Source: Minisyncoccota bacterium
GTDB lineage: Bacteria > Patescibacteriota > Minisyncoccia > Phycocordibacterales > UBA1006
Direction: 5' to 3'
NCBI GenBank assembly: GCA_036405175.1
Contig: DASWYC010000002.1
Coordinates: forward strand, 123,429-187,428
DNA: 64,000 nt
Numbering within the stretch: position 1 is the stretch's first letter; every line of letters starts with the position of its first letter. Of this stretch, positions 58,714 to 64,000 are shown in pieces. A model generated the notes under the pieces. That model ran no database searches. It had not been told where the DNA came from and worked only from the letters and a program-made list of their open reading frames with translations. Made by a program: the position numbers and the translations under genes.

Positions 58714-59151
58714 TTAAGAGCGAACAAGTCGACTCATCAAACTCCCTAAAGCCATCAGCCCAATATAAATGGATAGATTAAGGCTGGGATGAGCAGGATT
58801 TATAAAGCCCATCGCACATAAAAGCAATATGCTTATCCCTACCGGGTTAGACCCAAACATTCTTAGTAGAATAAGTCCCGCCACACTATTCGTTTCTATT
58901 TCTTCATCAAGGAAAGAAGAGGTGCTTAGAAACTTTTCAGAAATTCTAATAATAAACACAATCGTAAGAAATAAGGTTATTCCAATCGAGATAATATAAG
59001 GTGTTTCCAAACCTATCTCAGCATTTCCACGCTTGAAATAATAAACCGAAACAATAGCAAACAATAAAAATCGAGCAAGCATACTACTCAATTTCACAAA
59101 AGAGCTCCCAGGGGTAATCGCAAAAGTGGTTTCGTTGTCTTCCACTGCATT
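58714..59151 (-). CDS. Orphan membrane protein
   Basis: Four hydrophobic segments; an in-frame ATG lies two codons upstream of the track start; ends at a perfect 36-nt palindrome 58672-58707. Confidence 0.5.
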   Translation of the reverse strand, partial: NAVEDNETTFAITPGSSFVKLSSMLARFLLFAIVSVYYFKRGNAEIGLETPYIISIGITLFLTIVFIIRISEKFLSTSSFLDEEIETNSVAGLILLRMFGSNPVGISILLLCAMGFINPAHPSLNLSIYIGLMALGSLMSRLVRS

Positions 59152-59230
59152 GAGGTTAATAAGTTAAAGGTATATTTATCGAACTATACAACACTTTGTA
59201 TAGAATGTATAGTGCAAAACTTTCCGAGGT

Positions 59231-60409
59231 TTAAATTGAAAGATTTCCTTGTGCCGTAAGTGTGTTTGGCTCAATCGGCTCATTTAAGAGTGAGGCAATT
59301 CCAATCATTACCGCGTTATCTGTGGCGAGGAGTTTTTCTGGGAAGGTAACAGACAAGCCTGGATAAAACTCATCAATAAACTTTTGAATCTTCTGACGCA
59401 AACGGGTGCTTGCTGCAACACCACCGGCAACAACTAATGAATTCACTTCATGTGCTGAAAAAATCTTTGCTAATTTATTGAGCACCGTATCAAATGCAGC
59501 TTCACTAAACTCGTACGCAATTAATCCAGGATCAGCGTTAGGGTGTTTTTCAAGATGATATTTCACCGATGTTTTTAATCCAGAATATGAGACATTAAAA
59601 TCTGGCGTGTGCGTCATACTGCGCGGAAAGAGCTCAGCTTTTGGCTCGCCGTTATTATTCATATATATAGTTGCAAGTTTTTCAATCTCCGGACCACCAG
59701 GATAGGGAAGACCAAGCATGCGTGCCACTTTATCAAAACTTTCACCAAGTGCATCATCAACCGTTGCGCCAAGTTTGGTGCGTCTATCTGCAGTGGTGTA
59801 AATAAATTCCGTATGACCACCAGATACTAAGAGGGCAAGTTGCGGAAGCTCCGGTGTTGCAAGCGTAAAAGTAGTACCTGTTGAATTCACAGACAGCATA
59901 TGTCCAATCATATGATTCACGGGCACTACGGGAATATTCCAAATCGTTCCCAAGACTTTTGCCGTGTTTACACCAACCCAAAGAGCCGGGTTTAATCCCG
60001 GACCAACCGTTACCGCAATATGTGAGAGCATTGGCTTTGGGGTTGATTCAATAAATTCAATAATCATTGGAGCAAAACCCTCCTCGTGAGCAAGTGTAGT
60101 TTTAACGTATTCTTTTTGTTCATCTGTAAGTGTAATAGTTGGACCATAAAAATCATCAAGCTCTTCCAGTGTCTCAAGGGTTTCTCTTAGGATCGGTAAA
60201 ATATTTTTGATATGCTCGCGCTTTGCCATGTTGGGATACACGCCACCGTATGCTCTGTGGACTTCAATCTGCGACTGAATTTTGTGACTCAAAATATCAC
60301 CAGAAAAACTGCCGTCATCAGCGCGCGTAGTCGAAAGGAGAGCAATTGCAGTCTCATCACAACTGGTTTCCATGGCCAAAATATATGAGTTGATTTGCAT
60401 AAATTTCAT
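59231..60409 (-). CDS. tsaD: tRNA N6-threonylcarbamoyltransferase TsaD
   Basis: AMETSCDET, GGVYP..A.REH, GPGL, NHMIGH, VSGGHT, DDALGESFDKVAR, TDNAVMI. Confidence 0.96.
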   Translation of the reverse strand: MKFMQINSYILAMETSCDETAIALLSTTRADDGSFSGDILSHKIQSQIEVHRAYGGVYPNMAKREHIKNILPILRETLETLEELDDFYGPTITLTDEQKEYVKTTLAHEEGFAPMIIEFIESTPKPMLSHIAVTVGPGLNPALWVGVNTAKVLGTIWNIPVVPVNHMIGHMLSVNSTGTTFTLATPELPQLALLVSGGHTEFIYTTADRRTKLGATVDDALGESFDKVARMLGLPYPGGPEIEKLATIYMNNNGEPKAELFPRSMTHTPDFNVSYSGLKTSVKYHLEKHPNADPGLIAYEFSEAAFDTVLNKLAKIFSAHEVNSLVVAGGVAASTRLRQKIQKFIDEFYPGLSVTFPEKLLATDNAVMIGIASLLNEPIEPNTLTAQGNLSI

Positions 60410-60429
60410 GCTATACTATGACACATATT

Positions 60430-60504
60430 GGCCCTATCGTCTATCGGTTAGGACACAGGATTTTCATTCCTGGAAGCGGAGTTCGATTCTCCGTAGGGTC
60501 ACCA
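60430..60504 (+). tRNA. tRNA-Glu(UUC)
   Basis: GGCCCTA/TAGGGTC-A-CCA, CAGGA-TT-TTC-AT-TCCTG, AGTTCGATTCT. Confidence 0.95.
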
Positions 60505-60574
60505 AGTCGTGCTAGCTCGCTATTTTTATTCTTTTAGAATTTTTAATAAATAATATTAATGTTATAAATAAAGT

Positions 60575-61186
60575 ATGAAAACCCTTTTTCTCACCTCTGC
60601 TTTTAAAGATGTTATAGATAAATTCAAAGAAAATGTATCCGTAACTCCTGGAATGAAAGTTGCTTTTATTCCTACGGCTTCAGATACCTATGAAACAAAA
60701 CCATGGGTAGATAATGATCGACAAGCTCTCATTAATCTTGGTTTAGATGTTGAAGATTTAGACATCAAAGACAAAAACCAAGATGAGCTGTATGACTTTC
60801 TTAAAAACAAAGATATTATCTTTGTCGCAGGTGGAAATACCTTTTATCTTCTTTATTATGTAAAGCAAAGTGGTTTCTACGGTGCTCTATCAAAATTACT
60901 AGATGAAGGGAAGATATACATAGGCTCAAGTGCTGGATCGGTATTGGTTGGTCCTAATATTGAACCGGTAAAAACAATGGATGATCCTCAGGATGCACCT
61001 GAGTTGAAGTATTTTGAAGGACTAGGTTTAATCGATATGGTGCTACTTCCTCATTATGGAAAAGAGAAATACGAACAACAGTATCAGGATATTATTAAAG
61101 AGTGGTCAGATAAATTTAAACTACAACTTTTGAAAGATGATGAGGTTATTTTGGTAAAAGATGGGGAAGTTAAGATATTGGATTAG
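60575..61186 (+). CDS. Peptidase S51 (peptidase E-like)
   Basis: FIPTAS, FVAGGNTFYLL, YIGSSAGS, LPHY. Confidence 0.88.
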   Translation: MKTLFLTSAFKDVIDKFKENVSVTPGMKVAFIPTASDTYETKPWVDNDRQALINLGLDVEDLDIKDKNQDELYDFLKNKDIIFVAGGNTFYLLYYVKQSGFYGALSKLLDEGKIYIGSSAGSVLVGPNIEPVKTMDDPQDAPELKYFEGLGLIDMVLLPHYGKEKYEQQYQDIIKEWSDKFKLQLLKDDEVILVKDGEVKILD

Positions 61187-61261
61187 AAATATTGAAACCT
61201 TATGAATCAAAAATATAACCACCTTTTTATGGGTGGTTATGTAATTAATTCTTTGTAAAAG

Positions 61262-62062
61262 CTAATCAAAAGTATGATCTTTCATAATTCTTTTGAATAG
61301 TTCTTCGCCATCGAGTGAAAATCCCCAAGCACCTTTTTCGATTAGGTGACTAACCGTAATTTCATACGGGATCATGAGTAACTTGGCGTTATACTTCCAA
61401 CCCTCCATACTCCAACAGTTAGTAAGAACATCTAAGTCTCTACCACCAACAATCAGTGCATCAGGATTCGTTCCTACTTTTTCCACTGCCTCTTCAAAGG
61501 TTTCTGTAAGGACAATACCTGCTTTGGGGTAAATATTGCGCATGTATCCTTTGATTACTTTAGGAAAAGCTCCACGACTATCTTTCATTTCTCTGAGATC
61601 TTTAAATGAGTATAGACCTTCATCTTTAACTAAGAGTAGGTAGCTGTTTAAATATTGCTCAACAATACAAATTGTCTTTGGACTCTTAATGCACCAAGGA
61701 GAGATATTTGTGAGTATTTTCTCGAAGGAGTACTTTTGAAAGATATCGCCAATTTGTTTAATCATTGCAGTATTCAATGGGGTTAGCGTTTCCAATCCAG
61801 CATCTACTGCCAGTTTGAATTCTTCTTCGACTAATTTCCCAAGCTGTGCACCTCTTAAACATTTGAAGTCAGAAAAGTAGAGCGTTGGGCCTTTAGTAGA
61901 AAGTAGAAGCTGTCGTAGTGGTTCTACCATTTCATCAAGAAGAGTTTCTTCCGGGAAGATAAGCTTTGTAACTTGAACATCTTTAGGAACGAAGGCTAAT
62001 ACTTCATGAGCATAGCGGGTAATATTGCTATTTTCCTGATATGCAACAAATAGGTTTTTCAT
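61262..62062 (-). CDS. Orphan hypothetical protein
   Basis: 266-aa ORF with TAACACTTTAAA leader. Confidence 0.6.
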   Translation of the reverse strand: MKNLFVAYQENSNITRYAHEVLAFVPKDVQVTKLIFPEETLLDEMVEPLRQLLLSTKGPTLYFSDFKCLRGAQLGKLVEEEFKLAVDAGLETLTPLNTAMIKQIGDIFQKYSFEKILTNISPWCIKSPKTICIVEQYLNSYLLLVKDEGLYSFKDLREMKDSRGAFPKVIKGYMRNIYPKAGIVLTETFEEAVEKVGTNPDALIVGGRDLDVLTNCWSMEGWKYNAKLLMIPYEITVSHLIEKGAWGFSLDGEELFKRIMKDHTFD

Positions 62063-62151
62063 TATATATGAGGTTTAAAGTGTTATTAAGGAGTTGATTT
62101 ACCTACATAAAATAACATATAAATATATAATGTCAATATTTATAAGGGAAT

Positions 62152-63621
62152 TCAGTCTATATTCAACCCTCGTCCTCTTGGGGCATCACCTTCATGTAAA
62201 ACAGCAGGAGAGTGTAGTAGATCCACGGCTTTTCTTGAATCTTGTACTTTTGATGCTGACCGCTCTGCTATTTCTTGTTCAAACTCATTCAACATACTTT
62301 CTCTAATCCCAACCTTTCGCCAATCTACATCACTATCACACACCACAGAAATTTTGCGTGCCAATGCAAGCGCATCAAGCAATGCCTGATTAGCTCCTTG
62401 TCCTTTAAAGGGACTCATTGGGTGAGCCGCATCACCTAGCAAGGTCACATTGCCTTTTTCACGCAACCACATGGGATCAAATAATTTACGATCATACACC
62501 GGATACCCGGTAATCTGTGAATCCAATGTTGCCGCTAAAATTTGAGGAACAGGACTGTGCCAATTGTCAAGCCGCTTCAACGCTTCTTCTTTCATCGCAC
62601 CTGCACTTTGAGCACTTACATGTTGTGCATCGTCCTCGGATAACGGAAAACTTAATTGCCACATAATCGTATCCGCATCATAGGGCATCATATAGATGCG
62701 CTCATGACCATTCACCGTTTGAAACACAGTAGCAGAATCAAGCAGTGGGCTCTCAATATTGCCAAGAGATTTCAACGGACAAATTCCCAATATCACAATA
62801 CATCCCAAATACTGTAGTGGTGTTGCGTCTTCACCAAGAGTTAGCTTGCGCACCATGCTGTAGATACCATCCGCACCAACCACCACATCCGCGTGAGTGG
62901 TTTTTTGTTGATCACCAGCTTGGAAGGTAAGTTCCATTGCACCAGTTTGAGTAGGAGAGATGTTGAGGAGTTTGTGTCCCCATTGGATTGATTCAGGAGT
63001 TTCCACTTCCTGCAGCAAGAGTGAACGCAACGTTTGCCGAGCAATATGCACATTCTTGCGACCGGTTTTTTGCACCCATGTTTTTCTCCATTTTCTGAGT
63101 CCCCATTCACCAATGATCTTTCCGTCCGGCGTATGCACTACATGGCGGGTAGAAGTAACGCCGTCATCAAGCGAGGTGATTCCTAATGCTTCAACTGCTT
63201 TGCTGGCTTGCTGGAGGGTGAGACCGTATCCCTGCGAGCGCGCATCAAAGCTTGCGTCGCGTTCATATAATGTATACGGGATGCCGCGGTGTTGGCAGGC
63301 AACGGCTAATGCTACGCCTCCAATACCGCCACCAATAATTGCTAGGGTGGGATATTTTTGAGGATTTGGTTGGATGGGCTGAGTGCTGGCGACAAGACCA
63401 GAGCCACCGCAATTGGGGCAGACATCAAGATTTCCAAGAGGAGGTTGTGGGGCAGTGGTGCCGGTATTGGCGTTGCCGTTAGCACCGCCGCGTAGTTCAT
63501 ATTTAGCGAGTTCATTCTTAAAAAGACCCCATCGTTTAGGAGAAGGACGTCTGAGGGTTTTGCCTTGGCCGTGGCAGGCGGGGCAGATGGTCCAATGTTG
63601 TTTAGCATGAGCTGATTCCAT
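62152..63621 (-). CDS. FAD-dependent monooxygenase with N-terminal DnaJ-type CxxCxGxG zinc module
   Basis: CPACHGQG and CPNCGGSG; IIGGGIGG, GADG, LLGDAAHPMSPFKGQGANQALLD. Confidence 0.88.
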   Translation of the reverse strand: MESAHAKQHWTICPACHGQGKTLRRPSPKRWGLFKNELAKYELRGGANGNANTGTTAPQPPLGNLDVCPNCGGSGLVASTQPIQPNPQKYPTLAIIGGGIGGVALAVACQHRGIPYTLYERDASFDARSQGYGLTLQQASKAVEALGITSLDDGVTSTRHVVHTPDGKIIGEWGLRKWRKTWVQKTGRKNVHIARQTLRSLLLQEVETPESIQWGHKLLNISPTQTGAMELTFQAGDQQKTTHADVVVGADGIYSMVRKLTLGEDATPLQYLGCIVILGICPLKSLGNIESPLLDSATVFQTVNGHERIYMMPYDADTIMWQLSFPLSEDDAQHVSAQSAGAMKEEALKRLDNWHSPVPQILAATLDSQITGYPVYDRKLFDPMWLREKGNVTLLGDAAHPMSPFKGQGANQALLDALALARKISVVCDSDVDWRKVGIRESMLNEFEQEIAERSASKVQDSRKAVDLLHSPAVLHEGDAPRGRGLNID

Positions 63622-63693
63622 TTGTAAACCTACTATAGCAAAGGATTATTATCTTACAACGCATAGAATGAGACGTTATGATATATTGAATAT

Positions 63694-64000
63694 ATGAATT
63701 CTCAAAAATCTCAATTATTACGAATGGATAATATGGGTATCGTGGTGGAGTCGCTGGATACTGCAATTGTATTTTTTGAAGAACTTGGACTTATTCTTGA
63801 GGGGCGCACAATCATCGAAGGGGAATGGTCGGGGCGTGTTACCGGATTGCGTGATCAAAAAGTTGAGATAGCTATGATGGTTACTCCAGATAATCACAGT
63901 CGACTTGAACTCTCACAATTTATATCTCCTGCAATAGTTTCTGATCACCGTAATGCTCCAGTGAATGCCCTTGGGTATTTACGAGCTATGTTTACGGTGA
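63694..64000 (+). CDS. VOC/glyoxalase family protein, 3'-truncated by window edge
   Basis: Manual translation MNSQKSQLLRMDNMGIVVESLDTAIVFFEELGL...RLELSQF...NALGYLRAMF. Confidence 0.85.
   Translation, partial: MNSQKSQLLRMDNMGIVVESLDTAIVFFEELGLILEGRTIIEGEWSGRVTGLRDQKVEIAMMVTPDNHSRLELSQFISPAIVSDHRNAPVNALGYLRAMFTV

Noticed and set aside
1-64000. Alternative genetic code (UGA=Gly, as in Gracilibacteria/SR1)
   Set aside because: Long conserved genes are intact under code 11, with no in-frame TGA interruptions.

Overview
AT-rich bacterial chromosome segment, genetic code 11. Its gene content and architecture are typical of Patescibacteria/CPR (Parcubacteria-like); this is inferred from gene families, not from a marker search. 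It is mostly housekeeping: leuS, cysS, trpS, valS, dnaE, dnaB, recR, priA-like, holB-like, ftsZ/ftsA, mreB-like, rplY, rplU, rpsU, rpmE, prfA, lepA, ybeY, tsaD, dsbA/B, trxB and five tRNAs. These are interspersed with surface proteins and single orphan genes that have their own promoters. No transposase, integrase or CRISPR array was seen. The most unusual signals are mostly non-coding. (1) Four dispersed ~110-125 nt intergenic elements (3210, 18670, 28694, 42093) share junction and loop motifs and show compensatory stem changes while their outer stems largely differ; this is a candidate unannotated structured RNA/ssDNA repeat family. (2) A tRNA-Gln(UUG) has a 24-nt hairpin inserted in its D-loop and is preceded in the same operon by a tRNA-like four-way-junction element. 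(3) An antitoxin-less PemK/MazF gene is faced by a convergent promoter driving a structured RNA. (4) Three tandem promoter-hairpin-terminator mini-units lie upstream of leuS. (5) A ~1500-aa EF-hand-repeat protein ends in a VirB2/TrbC-like pilin segment. Several start codons were moved downstream of the ORF track to the ATG just after a -10 box.
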